DNA from: Vicinamibacterales bacterium
GTDB lineage: Bacteria > Acidobacteriota > Vicinamibacteria > Vicinamibacterales > UBA8438
Length of the DNA stretch: 64,000 nucleotides
Assembly (NCBI GenBank): GCA_965229825.1
Contig: CBDDJQ010000011.1
Coordinates: 460,487 to 524,486, forward strand
Direction of reading: 5' to 3'
Both the position numbers and the translations under genes were made by a program. Below, piece after piece: positions 17,879 through 27,629 of this stretch. The stretch's first letter is position 1. The number at the start of each line of letters is the position of its first letter. Under the pieces are notes generated by a model. It saw nothing but the letters and a program-made list of their open reading frames with translations. It was not told where the DNA came from and did not search any database.

Positions 17879-20238
17879 GATTGCGACCTCCGCATCTGAA
17901 ACGGGATGCTCTCGACGATGCCGAGCACCAGAGACGAGAACCGGTAATCGTCGCCGGCGGCGTCGCGGACGATCCGCCGCACCGCCGGGCCATCGTTGTA
18001 GTCCAGCCCGCGCCCGAGGGCATAGGTGAGGAGCTTCTCGGTCACCGTGCCCGCAAAAACAGGAGGATGCGCGAGCACCGCGTCGCGAAGCTCGGCCACG
18101 CCGTCGAAGTCACCGCCGCCGGGGATGCTCCCGCGGGCGTCGATTGGGTTCCAGTCGTCGCCGCGGTCGCGCCACCGGCCGATGGCGTCGAAATTCTCCA
18201 TCGAGAGCCCCGCCGGGTCCATGAGCCGGTGACAGGCGGCGCACGCGGGATTCACACGGTGCGCCTCCATCCGCTCGCGCATCGATTGCGCGGCCACCCC
18301 CGGTGCGGGTTCCTCGAGCGGCGGTACGCTCGCCGGCGGGGGAGGCGGGGGCATGCCGAGCAGGTTGTCGAGAATCCACTTGCCGCGCAGCACCGGGGAC
18401 GTGCGGGTCGCGTACGAGGTGACGGTCAGGATGCTGCCGTGTCCCAGCAACCCCCCGCGCGGGCTGCCGTCCGGCAGCTCGACCCGCCGGAACCGGCTGC
18501 CGTAGACCCCGGGAATGCCGTAGTGTCGGGCGAGGCGCTCGTTGAGGAAGGTGTACCCCGCCTGCAGGAGGTCGAGGACGCTACGGTCTTCCTCGACGAG
18601 GCTGCCGAACAGCATCTCCGTTTCCTGCCGGAACGCGCGGCGCAGGTTGTCGTCGAAGTCGGGGAACCGGCGGAGGTTCGGCGCCGCCGTCTCCAGATTG
18701 CGGAGGTGGAGCCACTGGCCGGCGAAGTTGGTGGTCAGGGTACCCGCCCGCGGGTCGGCGAGCATCCGCCGCACCTGCGCCTCGCGCACCGCCGGGTCGC
18801 GCAGCTTCCCGGCCTCGGCGAGGTCGAGGAGCTCGTCGTCCGGGATGCTGCTCCAGAGGAAGAACGACAGGCGCGAGGCGAGCGCGAAGTCCCCCAGCCG
18901 ATAGGGCGTCCCCGGGGCGGCGTCCTCCGGGTCCGGTTCGATCCGGAAGAGGAACTCAGGGGTCGTCAACAGCGCACGCAACGCGAGCTCGACCCCGGCC
19001 TCGAACCCGCCGTCGGCGCGGCCCCGTTCATAGAACGAGAGCGGCATCTCGATGTCGTCGTAGGACACCGGCCGCCGGTAGGCCCGCCGGGCCAGCGTCG
19101 AGATGATGCGGGCCGCGCAGTCCGCTTCGTCGGCCGCGGTCGCCGGCCGGCACGTGAAGACGCGGTCACGGCTCGGCGTGTCGCCGGCGCCGCTGGGGTT
19201 GAACGGGCCGCTGATCGATACCGAATACACCGCCGGCTGCTGGCGCGGATGCCGGTCCTGGTTGAACTGCGCCTGATAGGGCTGCCGCTCGGTCTCGATC
19301 AGCGCCGCGTTCTTGCGCAGGAAGGCGGCACCGACGGTGTGCGGGCCGGCGGCGACGTGCAGCCGCAGATTGAGGTGCTTGTCGACCCCTTCGTCGGCGT
19401 AGTAGCCGCCGAGCCGGTTGCGGTCGGGGACCACCGTGAAGAGCTTCAGGCGCTCGCCGTCGAGCAGCATCTCGACCACGTGGGGATCGCGAAGCCCTTC
19501 GACGTTCTCGTTCCGGTTGCGGGCCAGCCGCACCTCGATCTCGTACTCGCCGTCGACGGGAAACGTATGCTCGACCGTGGTGCCGCCGCGGGTGCCGAAC
19601 GGCAATCCCGCGAGGTGTCCCTCCTGGGTCAGATCCGGCCGCAGGGTGACGACCCGGCTGCCCGGCACGACGGCGAGGCTGCCGACGGCCAAGCGGCTGA
19701 TCTTCTGCGCGGCCGCGAGATACCGCTCCATCAGGGTGGGCGACAGCTCGACGACCCCGACGTTGTCGAAGCCGTAGCTCGCGTCGTCGCGGGGGAGCAG
19801 GGCGGCCGCGTCGACGTCGAGGGCCAGCAGGTCGCGGATGGCGTTGCGGTACTCGGTGCGGTTCAGACGCCGGAAAGTATCCGTCCGTCCCGGATTGGGG
19901 GCGGCGGCGGCTCGGGCGTCGAGCTCGGTCTCGACATAGGCCAGCAGTCCCTGATAGGTGGCGGCATCCGGCCGCGGCGACCCCGCCGGGGGCATGGCGC
20001 CGGCGCGGAGCTTCCGGACCACCCGCTCCCACACCTCCGCATGGCCGGCGACGTCGTCGAGGGGTGCGGCCTCGAGCGACAGCCCGCCCTGCAACGCTTG
20101 GTCGTTGTGGCAGCCGAGACAATACCGGTTGACGAGCGACTGCTCCGGGCCGCGCGTCTGGGCGCCCGCGGCCTGCGCGAGCCCCACCCAGGCCAGCGCG
20201 AGTCCGGCCGCCAGGGCGGCTCTCTTCTGTATGCGCAT
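17875..20238 (-). CDS. DUF1592/1588/1587/1585/1595 (PSD) c-type cytochrome protein
   Basis: CLGCH and CAACH haem motifs; RRLNRTEYRNAIRDLL; LASRLSFFLWSSIPDDELL; NFAGQWL; RTSPVLRGKWIL; ENFDAIGRWR. Confidence 0.92.
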   Translation of the reverse strand: MRIQKRAALAAGLALAWVGLAQAAGAQTRGPEQSLVNRYCLGCHNDQALQGGLSLEAAPLDDVAGHAEVWERVVRKLRAGAMPPAGSPRPDAATYQGLLAYVETELDARAAAAPNPGRTDTFRRLNRTEYRNAIRDLLALDVDAAALLPRDDASYGFDNVGVVELSPTLMERYLAAAQKISRLAVGSLAVVPGSRVVTLRPDLTQEGHLAGLPFGTRGGTTVEHTFPVDGEYEIEVRLARNRNENVEGLRDPHVVEMLLDGERLKLFTVVPDRNRLGGYYADEGVDKHLNLRLHVAAGPHTVGAAFLRKNAALIETERQPYQAQFNQDRHPRQQPAVYSVSISGPFNPSGAGDTPSRDRVFTCRPATAADEADCAARIISTLARRAYRRPVSYDDIEMPLSFYERGRADGGFEAGVELALRALLTTPEFLFRIEPDPEDAAPGTPYRLGDFALASRLSFFLWSSIPDDELLDLAEAGKLRDPAVREAQVRRMLADPRAGTLTTNFAGQWLHLRNLETAAPNLRRFPDFDDNLRRAFRQETEMLFGSLVEEDRSVLDLLQAGYTFLNERLARHYGIPGVYGSRFRRVELPDGSPRGGLLGHGSILTVTSYATRTSPVLRGKWILDNLLGMPPPPPPASVPPLEEPAPGVAAQSMRERMEAHRVNPACAACHRLMDPAGLSMENFDAIGRWRDRGDDWNPIDARGSIPGGGDFDGVAELRDAVLAHPPVFAGTVTEKLLTYALGRGLDYNDGPAVRRIVRDAAGDDYRFSSLVLGIVESIPFQMRRSQS

Positions 20239-20359
20239 GTCGACCCTCGCCGCGTTCCGTCGCCGTGGCTAACGCAAGTGCGCAACCCCGCGTGCAGGGC
20301 CACGCGTACAGGTACAGGCGGGTATCTTACACGCGGTCGCGTCGAGAGTCGAGCCGGCC

Positions 20360-20497
20360 GGCGGTCTCAGCATGTACGACGCAGCCTACCTGGCGCTGGC
20401 GGCACGACGCGGCGCAAAGCTGGCGACCTTCGACGGCGCCCTTGGCAAGGCTGCCGCCCAGGAGGGAATCGAGAATCCGGTGGTGGGGAGAGGCTGA
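20360..20497 (+). pseudogene. C-terminal fragment of a PIN/VapC toxin
   Basis: LSMYDAAYLALAARRGAKLATFDGALGKAAAQEGI...*, with no N-terminal half upstream. Confidence 0.75.
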
Positions 20498-20629
20498 GCT
20501 GGCTCTGGCGGTTGCCGGTGTCGACGAAGGGTCCAAGACGAGGACGAGTCAGAACAGCGACAGCTGCTCGTCGTCGCCCGCTGGTGGCGGTAGAATCGTT
20601 CGAATCCCGGGCGGGTAAACTAGTCCCTG

Positions 20630-20865
20630 GCGGCCCGTGGCAGAACCCCGGGAGCCCCTGACAAAACCCCGCGCTGCACCGAGGCCGCCCGCGCGCCTGC
20701 CAGACTGAGGGCGTGACGAGGGAGCATACCGGGGATATCGGACAGAGGAACAACACATCAGGCAGGATGCACCGCCGGTCGCATGCATTGAGGCCCTTCG
20801 AGGCCCTTCGTTGCGAGCTCGCGGCGTCGCCAGCCGATTGCAGCGGGGCTTCTTTGCCAGGAGCG
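20630..20865. repeat. Degenerate copy of the MITE family
   Basis: GCCCGTGGCAGAACCCCG...AAAACCCCGCGCTGCACCGAG...GGCGTGACGAGGGAGCATA...GAGGAACAAC...CAGGCAGGATGC...GATTGCAGCGGGGCTT aligns with the reverse complement of 36760-36983. Confidence 0.75.
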
Positions 20866-20905
20866 GCTGAACCGTTCCGGGACCAACTCGTTACAGGAGA
20901 GAGAC

Positions 20906-21919
20906 ATGCGCACAAGGCTGTTCATGGTGGTGGTCGCGGCGGGGCTGTGTCTGGCGGCGGGGGCCGGTTCGAGTGCGGCGCAGTGCCGGCCCGACGGTGA
21001 CGTCGAGTTCGTCTGCGGTCCGGTGAGCCCGGAGGATCTGGTGGCGGTGCCGGAAACGCCCTGGGTGATCGTCGCGGGCATGGAGGACGACGGCTACCTC
21101 TATGCGACCGATACCCGGGATCGCCGCTCGACGGTGCTGTTTCCGACGCCGACGTTCCGATCCCGGCCGGATTCCTCGTTCAGTGACTGCGGGGGTCCCC
21201 TCGCCGGCGGATTCCGGCCGCACGGCCTCAACCTGCGGCCGGGGCCCGGCGGGCGGCACACCCTCTATGTCGTGCGGCACGGGGCGCGCGAAGCCATCGA
21301 GGTCTTCGAGCTCGACGCCCGCGGACCGCGGCCGGTATTGACCTGGACGGGCTGTGCGGCGGCCCCCGACGGGGTCACGTTCAACTCGGTGGCGGCGCTG
21401 CCCGGCGGCGGATTCGCGGCGACCCACTTCGCCCGGCCGGTGGGCCGCGTCTGGGAGTGGGCTCCGAACGCCGGCTGGACCGCGATTCCCGGCACCGAGA
21501 CGAACGGGCCGAACGGGATCGTCGCGTCGGCGGACGGGCGGTGGCTGTACATCGGCGGCTGGGGCACCCGGTCGTTGATCCGGGTGTCGCGCGGAGAGAC
21601 CCCGGTCCGGCAGGACGCGGTCGAGGTCGGGTTCCACATCGACAACGTGCGGTGGGCGCCCGACGGCTCCCTGCTCGCGGCCGGGCACCTGGGGGAGACG
21701 CCCGAGTCCATCTTCCAGTGCCTGGGCGAGCGGCGCTGCGACGGAGTGACGTCGCGCGTGGCGCGGGTCGACCCGGACGCGCTGACGGCCGAAGAGATCG
21801 TGCGCTATCCGTCGAACGAGCACTTCATTCTGGGGACCGTCGGCCTGCAGGTCGGGGACGAAATCTGGCTCGGCGGCATCGCCGGATCGGACCGCATCGC
21901 ACGTTTTCCAGCTCCGTGA
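20906..21919 (+). CDS. Secreted six-bladed beta-propeller (SMP-30/gluconolactonase/arylesterase-like)
   Basis: SPEDL, FRPHGL, LYVVRHG.REAIEVF, FNSV, GPNGIVASADG, HIDNVRW; RBS AGGAG. Confidence 0.75.
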   Translation: MRTRLFMVVVAAGLCLAAGAGSSAAQCRPDGDVEFVCGPVSPEDLVAVPETPWVIVAGMEDDGYLYATDTRDRRSTVLFPTPTFRSRPDSSFSDCGGPLAGGFRPHGLNLRPGPGGRHTLYVVRHGAREAIEVFELDARGPRPVLTWTGCAAAPDGVTFNSVAALPGGGFAATHFARPVGRVWEWAPNAGWTAIPGTETNGPNGIVASADGRWLYIGGWGTRSLIRVSRGETPVRQDAVEVGFHIDNVRWAPDGSLLAAGHLGETPESIFQCLGERRCDGVTSRVARVDPDALTAEEIVRYPSNEHFILGTVGLQVGDEIWLGGIAGSDRIARFPAP

Positions 21920-22082
21920 CCGTACGCCGGAGGCCGCGGCGACTGGCCGTGAGCATGGCTGACGTATCGACGCCGCCATGATCGGCAAGGGATCCGTCCG
22001 TCCGAACCGCCTCGGGGCGATCCCGGAAAGCGGCAGCAGGCTGCGGCGAACGGCGCCGTCGCCGCGCGCGCCGGAGCCGCCG

Positions 22083-23549
22083 CTACGAAGCGGTCTCCCC
22101 CCCGGTGCCGGAGGGGTCGGTAAAGCGGTCGTTGAGAAGCTGGACGTAGCCGTTGGCTTCCACCAGCACGTCGCCGACCCGGCGCTTGGCACGGCCCTCC
22201 CAGCCGACGGGGCGGCGCCAGAAGATGCTGCGCCAGTCGCTCGAGCTGTTGAGGAACGCGCGGGGCAGGCTGTCGGCGAACCGGGTGCCGTGGGCGTCCT
22301 GCGGCTGCTTGGCGAGTCTGGCGAGCACCGCCCGGGCCGCCCGGCCGCGGAGCCGCGCGTGCACGTAGCCGCCGGCCAGCAGCACAACCGCCAGCAGCAC
22401 GACCTGCCACAGCGGGTCCACATCGGAGAGGCTGGCCCAGGTGGGGTGCGAGAAGCTCAGACCGTCCCACGTGCCGGTCCACAGGGTCCAGCCGCCGACG
22501 GCGGCGATGACGAGGCCGAAGACGACGGCGTCGAGTCGCAGCACCCCGCGCCGCCATTCCGCCAGCAGCGCCTCCAGCCGCGGGACGAACAGGTCCTTGA
22601 TGTCCTGCGCCGTCTGCTCCAGCGCGCCGACCACGCGATAGGCGCGATCCACGCCCACCTGCTCCATGCGGTCGTGGATCTCCTTCATGTCGACGTCGCG
22701 CTTCGACTCGAACCGCTGGCGCAGGGTGTCGTCCTCGATGGCCACGGCGGCGGTGGGATTGTAGATGCGGTAGAAGCGGCCGGCGGTCAGTCCCTTCTGG
22801 GCGAGCGCGCGCTGCCACGAGGCGATGACGTCCTCGGGATTGTCCTCGCGGGCGGTGGTGTCGATCTGGTTCAGCACGTACAGGAACTTGGTGGAGTCGG
22901 GGCGGCTGATGGTCTGGGCCACCAGGTGGTCCAGGGTGTCCCGCATGGTGCCGGCCTCGGGATGGCGGGCGTCGAAGAACACCAGCACGAGGTCCGAGAG
23001 GTCGATGATGTGGTCCGTGATGCGGAGGATGGACGTGCGTTGCGCATCGGCGTCGAAACCCGGTGAATCGATGATGATCTTGCCCCGCACCTTCGCGCCG
23101 CCGCAGGTCTTCAGCTGCAGGTAGGCGTCGATGCGCCGGCCCTCGCCGGTCGCCAGCTCCTCGATGGAGCGGCTCAGCCGGTAGAACGGGAAGCGCGGAT
23201 CGGCGTCGAGGGCGAGGCCCGGCAGCACCCGGCCCTCGTCTCCATGGGTGTAGCAGATCACCGTGAAGCGGTCGTCGACGGCCTGATTTCCCGTGAGTTG
23301 CAGATTCTCCCCGATGTAGTGGTTGATGAACGTGGACTTGCCGGAAGAGTAGGTTCCCAGCAGCGAGATCATGGGCCACCAGGAGATGCGGGTCGCGAAC
23401 GATTCCCCCGGCTCGAGAACGCCGAGGCGGTAGCACACCCGGTCGAGCTTGCGGAAGCTCGCGACGGTCTGCAGCAGGATCGGGTTCTCCTGGAACAGGT
23501 GCTTTTCCAGGTTGCGCAGGCGCTTCTTCAGCTCGTGTGATTGCGACAT
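22083..23549 (-). CDS. Dynamin-family (EHD-like) P-loop NTPase with C-terminal membrane hairpin
   Basis: GTYSSGKSTFIN (G1), TGNQAVDDRF, IIDSPG (G3), DLVLVFFD, VLNQID (G4-like); two TM helices; RBS GAGGA before MSQSHEL. Confidence 0.8.
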   Translation of the reverse strand: MSQSHELKKRLRNLEKHLFQENPILLQTVASFRKLDRVCYRLGVLEPGESFATRISWWPMISLLGTYSSGKSTFINHYIGENLQLTGNQAVDDRFTVICYTHGDEGRVLPGLALDADPRFPFYRLSRSIEELATGEGRRIDAYLQLKTCGGAKVRGKIIIDSPGFDADAQRTSILRITDHIIDLSDLVLVFFDARHPEAGTMRDTLDHLVAQTISRPDSTKFLYVLNQIDTTAREDNPEDVIASWQRALAQKGLTAGRFYRIYNPTAAVAIEDDTLRQRFESKRDVDMKEIHDRMEQVGVDRAYRVVGALEQTAQDIKDLFVPRLEALLAEWRRGVLRLDAVVFGLVIAAVGGWTLWTGTWDGLSFSHPTWASLSDVDPLWQVVLLAVVLLAGGYVHARLRGRAARAVLARLAKQPQDAHGTRFADSLPRAFLNSSSDWRSIFWRRPVGWEGRAKRRVGDVLVEANGYVQLLNDRFTDPSGTGGETAS

Positions 23550-23671
23550 GCCGGTGTCCTCGCCGATCGCCATCCGCAGGCCGCCGGGGCGCCCTTCGCG
23601 GTCGTCGGCTCGCCGTCGAGCAGAGGCGGCGCGACCGGCCCGGGAGCCCTTGGAAGGAGCGGTGCGCAGGT

Positions 23672-23979
23672 TCACCACGGGGTCCGTGGCGAAGGCTTCC
23701 ACCCCGCCACGGGCTCCCGGGCCATTATCCCCGGTCCGCGCGGGTGCGTCCAATCGGGTGGATCATCCCCGGAGGTATCTGGAGGTTGCGGCGGCGAGGA
23801 CGGCGCCGAGGAAGGGCGCGGTCAGATAGATCCACAGATGCTCGAGGTCCGCGCCGACCAGGGCCGGTCCCAGGGAACGCGCGGGATTCATAGACGACGA
23901 TCGCGCTCGTGCCGGCGAAGACCAGGGCGAAGGTGCCCACGACTTCGGCGGCGATGCGCCGCCCGCGGCTGAACGTCAC
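23672..23979 (-). pseudogene. Internally deleted aquaporin (MIP family)
   Basis: RRIAAEVVGTFALVFAGTSAIVV joined out of frame near 23892 to MNPARSLGPALVG...HLWIYLTAPFLGAVLAA (second NPA box and TM6); the middle of the gene is missing. Confidence 0.85.
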
Positions 23980-24044
23980 CGAACCCTCCACGCGTCGCAA
24001 CCTGCTCACGGCATGAGAGCGTATGTCTTGGATGTGTCGATTGC

Positions 24045-24060
24045 GTAACGAACAGGTAAA
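24045..24060 (+). promoter_or_regulatory. Pho-box-like direct repeat
   Basis: GTAAC-N6-GTAAA (11-bp period) upstream of the Na/Pi symporter. Confidence 0.45.
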
Positions 24061-24165
24061 AACCGTCGTTTCCCGGCGACTGACCTTGTCCCGCCGGGTG
24101 TGCCCCGCGGCAAAGGCGGTACCATGCTCGGCGGCAGGCGCGCCTGCCGTCACGAAGGGTGGTGC

Positions 24166-25335
24166 ATGGTTCAAGACCTTGGCACGGACGCCGGGACATC
24201 GGAGAAGTCCGCCCCACGCCCGGTTGCGGCGTGGGGCGTCGTCGCGGCCATGGTCTATCTGCTCCTCGTCGCGGTGGGGGTCGTGGGCGACGGCTTCGGT
24301 CTGGCGGTCGGCGGGCGGTCCGGCGCCGAGCGGCTCTTCGCCTTCGCGACGAACCCCTTCGTCGGGGTGCTCCTCGGCACCCTCACCACCGCCCTCGTGC
24401 AATCGTCGAGCACCGTGACGTCGATCATCGTCGGCCTGGTGGCCGGCGGGTTGCCGGTCGCGGTCGCGATTCCGATGGTCATGGGCGCCAACATGGGCAC
24501 GACCGTCACCAATACCCTGGTCAGCCTCGGCCACATGGGCCGTCCGGACGAGTTCAAGCGGGCGTTCGCGGCGGCGACCGTGCACGACTGGTTCAATCTG
24601 CTCGGCATCGTCATCTTCTTGCCGGTCGAGGTCTTCTTCGGCCTCATCGAACGGGCGAGCGCGGCGCTGCTGACCGTCTTCGCCTCCCTGGGGTCCTACT
24701 CGACGGGGGGATGGGACGTGCTGGGCAGTGCGGTATGGCCGGGCCGGGCGATCGCCGGCATGCTGGCCGATCCGTTGCCGGAGCGTGGGGGCGGCGTCGT
24801 GCTGATCGGCCTGGGGGTCCTGCTCATCCTGGTGTCGATTACGTATCTGGGCAGGGCGCTGAAGACGGTCATGGTGGGCAATGCCCGACGGCTCCTGCAT
24901 GCCGCGATCGGCCGGGGCCCCGCCGCCGGCATTCTGTCGGGAACGGTGGTGACGGTCCTCGTGCAATCGTCTTCGACCACCACCAGTCTGATGGTGCCGC
25001 TGGCCGCCGGCGGCGTGTTCACCCTGAGGGAGGTATATCCCTTCACGCTCGGCGCCAACATCGGCACCACGATTACGGCCCTGATGGCGGCGACCGCGGT
25101 GACGGGCGGCAACCGGGAGCCGGCGCTGCAAATCGCCCTGGCCCACTTTCTCTTCAACGTGTTCGCGGTGACCGTCGTCTACGGCGTGCCGTGGCTCCGC
25201 CGGATGCCGCTCCGGGGCGCGGACTGGATCGCGGAGCTCGGGGCGGAGCGCAAGGGGCTGGCGATCGCCTACGTCCTCGCGGTGTTCTTCGCGGTTCCCG
25301 CCATCCTCACCGCCCTGACTCTGCGTCTCTTCTGA
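24166..25335 (+). CDS. nptA: Na+/phosphate symporter (PNaS/SLC34 family)
   Basis: Two QSSSTxTS repeats with GANMGTT/GANIGTT; AFAAATVHDWFN; LQIALAHFLFN. Confidence 0.93.
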   Translation: MVQDLGTDAGTSEKSAPRPVAAWGVVAAMVYLLLVAVGVVGDGFGLAVGGRSGAERLFAFATNPFVGVLLGTLTTALVQSSSTVTSIIVGLVAGGLPVAVAIPMVMGANMGTTVTNTLVSLGHMGRPDEFKRAFAAATVHDWFNLLGIVIFLPVEVFFGLIERASAALLTVFASLGSYSTGGWDVLGSAVWPGRAIAGMLADPLPERGGGVVLIGLGVLLILVSITYLGRALKTVMVGNARRLLHAAIGRGPAAGILSGTVVTVLVQSSSTTTSLMVPLAAGGVFTLREVYPFTLGANIGTTITALMAATAVTGGNREPALQIALAHFLFNVFAVTVVYGVPWLRRMPLRGADWIAELGAERKGLAIAYVLAVFFAVPAILTALTLRLF

Positions 25336-25438
25336 GTCCCGCCGGTCCGATCCTGCTTCGCGCGGGGCTCACTACCGCCGCGATGCTGCGTCTCTTCTGA
25401 GTCCCGCCGGTCCGATCCTGCTTCGCGCGCGGCTCACT
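25321..25438. repeat. Tandem duplication (53 bp, period 65) spanning the convergent nptA/pyk stop region
   Basis: CTGCGTCTCTTCTGAGTCCCGCCGGTCCGATCCTGCTTCGCGCG(G/C)GGCTCACT at 25321 and 25386. Confidence 0.9.
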
Positions 25439-26858
25439 CCATCGTGCGTACCTGGATGGCGTTCACGAAGCCATGGCGGCTGGCGACGTTGGCGACGATC
25501 ACCACCGGCTCGCCGCTCTCCAGCCGGTCGTGCGCCTTCAGGCGTTCGAGGGCGTCGACCACCGTCTCGTCCGGCTCCCCGGACACGTCGATGGTGAACG
25601 GCACGATGGAACGCGAGAGCCAGAGCCGCCTGCGGACGACCTCGGTGGAGGTGAAGGCGTAGATGATGGCGCCCCGCGGGCGAAAGCTGCTGACGAGATG
25701 ACCCAGCAGGCCGCGCATCGTGATGACGACGATCGCCCGGGACCCGAGCGAATCGGCGAGAAGGCAGGCGCTGCGGGCCAACTGCTCGCGGATCGATTTC
25801 GGTTCCCGGTCGCGGTGGAGCTCGAACCCGCGTTCCTTCTCGATGCCTCGGGCAATGCGGTCGAGCACCGAGACGCAACGCACCGGGTACTTCCCGGTCG
25901 CGGTTTCCCCGCTGAGCATCACCGCATCCACCTGTTCGTACACCGCGTTGGCGACGTCGGTGACCTCGGCCCGCGTCGGCATCGGGTTGTCGATCATCGA
26001 TTCCAGCAGATGGGTCGCCACGATCACCGCCTTGCCGGCGAGTGCGCAGCGCCGCACCATGTCGCGCTGGGCCACCGGGAGCTTCTCGAATTGCACCTCG
26101 ACGCCGAGGTCGCCGCGAGCCACCATGATGCCGTCGGCCGCGTCGATGATCTCCTCGAGATTGTCGAGGCCCTCCTGGTTCTCGATCTTCGCGACGATGC
26201 GCATGGGATGCCCGCCGGCCTCGTCGATGATTCTCCGCGCGTCGCGCACCGCCTCGGCGCTGCGCACGAACGACACCGCGAGGAAATCGATGTCGTGCTC
26301 CATGGCGAAACGGATGTCCGCCACGTCCTGCTCGGTAATCGACGGCAGGTTGATGCGGATGCCGGGGAGATTGATGTGCTTGCGCGACCCCAGGACCCCG
26401 CCGTCCAGCACCCGGCAACGCAGGTCGTCCTCGCGCGTTTCCAGCACCTCCAGGTTGATCAGTCCGTTGTCGACGGTGATGCGATCGCCCGTCTTCAGCT
26501 GATGCACCATGTCCTGGTAGTCGACGTGGATGCTCCGCTCCTCGGGGTCCTCGGTGGGGCCGACGGTGACGTGGAACTCCTGACCGACCTCCAGGGCCAG
26601 GTGGCCGAGGCGGTCGCCGGTGCGGATGGCCGGTCCCTGGAGGTCGAGCAGCAGGGCGATCGGGTGGTTCAGGCGCTGGTTGAGGTTCTGGACGGCCCGG
26701 ATCACCTCCAGGTGGCTGGCGTGGCTGCCGTGCGACATGTTGAGCCGCGCGATGTTCATGCCCGCCCGGGCGAGCTGCTCGATCTGCTCCGACGACGAGC
26801 TGGACGGGCCCAGCGTGCACACGATCTTGGTGACCCGGAAGTCGCGTCGTGGTGCCAT
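25434..26858 (-). CDS. pyk: Pyruvate kinase
   Basis: TKIVCTLGP, ARLNMSHG, LLDLQGP.IR, IVAKIENQEG, IMVARGDLGVE, PTRAEVTDVANAV, MLSGETA.GKYP. Confidence 0.98.
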   Translation of the reverse strand: MAPRRDFRVTKIVCTLGPSSSSSEQIEQLARAGMNIARLNMSHGSHASHLEVIRAVQNLNQRLNHPIALLLDLQGPAIRTGDRLGHLALEVGQEFHVTVGPTEDPEERSIHVDYQDMVHQLKTGDRITVDNGLINLEVLETREDDLRCRVLDGGVLGSRKHINLPGIRINLPSITEQDVADIRFAMEHDIDFLAVSFVRSAEAVRDARRIIDEAGGHPMRIVAKIENQEGLDNLEEIIDAADGIMVARGDLGVEVQFEKLPVAQRDMVRRCALAGKAVIVATHLLESMIDNPMPTRAEVTDVANAVYEQVDAVMLSGETATGKYPVRCVSVLDRIARGIEKERGFELHRDREPKSIREQLARSACLLADSLGSRAIVVITMRGLLGHLVSSFRPRGAIIYAFTSTEVVRRRLWLSRSIVPFTIDVSGEPDETVVDALERLKAHDRLESGEPVVIVANVASRHGFVNAIQVRTME

Positions 26859-27091
26859 GGTGCTTCCTTCTCTGTCGTTTCAGGACGGGCTCGCGCGAGG
26901 GGCCGACGTGCGTCGGAGAGGCCGGTCCGGAGTCGGTTGCGGGAGCGGCGACCGCTCCGGCGCGGCGTTCCCGGCGTGTGCGGGAGATCGCCGCCTCGCG
27001 ATCCGTCCGAACGACTATAGCCCGGAAACCGTCGCCTTGCGTCTCCGCCTCGCTTGCGGCGGTTCCGCTTCGGACCAGCCGCGGGGCGCGG

Positions 27092-27574
27092 TCAGTCGAC
27101 CACGAAGCTGAAGACCTTGTGCTCGTCGCCGCGCACGAGGGTCGACCCGTAGAAATGCATCTCCATTTCCCGGCCGGCCTCGTCCAGCACCCGCAGGCGG
27201 GTTTCCCGATGCACGAGGAAGGCGCCGTAGTCGGTGGTCTCGCCATCGTAGGCGACGGCGAGCAGCGTGAAGCGGTGTCCGCCCCAGCGCGCGACGAGTC
27301 GGCGCAGGGCGTTCGAGCTCTTCTGGCGCAGGTCGCCCCAGGCGTACGACACGGGTACGCCGCGTTCCGGCCGACTCGCCGGGAGCTCCGGCCAGACGAC
27401 GTCACGGAACTCCTGACCGTTGAGGGCGAGCGTGGCGAGTCGGTCCGCGTCACCCGCGGCCAGGGCGTCCAGCACGGCGCCGGCCAGCGCTTCCGATGAA
27501 GGTTCGGGGTTGGTGAGCGGCGGCGGCGCCGTATCGCATCCGGAGAGGGCCAGGGTGAGGACGAACGCGTACAC
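27092..27574 (-). CDS. Hypothetical lipoprotein
   Basis: RBS GGAGGG, GTG start, lipobox LALSGC; protein-like sequence ending KVFSFVVD; downstream of the TonB receptor operon. Confidence 0.7.
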   Translation of the reverse strand: MYAFVLTLALSGCDTAPPPLTNPEPSSEALAGAVLDALAAGDADRLATLALNGQEFRDVVWPELPASRPERGVPVSYAWGDLRQKSSNALRRLVARWGGHRFTLLAVAYDGETTDYGAFLVHRETRLRVLDEAGREMEMHFYGSTLVRGDEHKVFSFVVD

Positions 27575-27629
27575 GGCACCCTCCGCCGCGCGGCGGAGGG
27601 TGCCGTGACGGAGGGTCTCGGCGAACGTC

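Noticed and set aside
20549-20610. Minus-strand tail ...PPPAGDDEQLSLF* resembling a clamp-binding C-terminus
   Set aside because: Too short to assign; possibly a gene remnant cut by the adjacent MITE.
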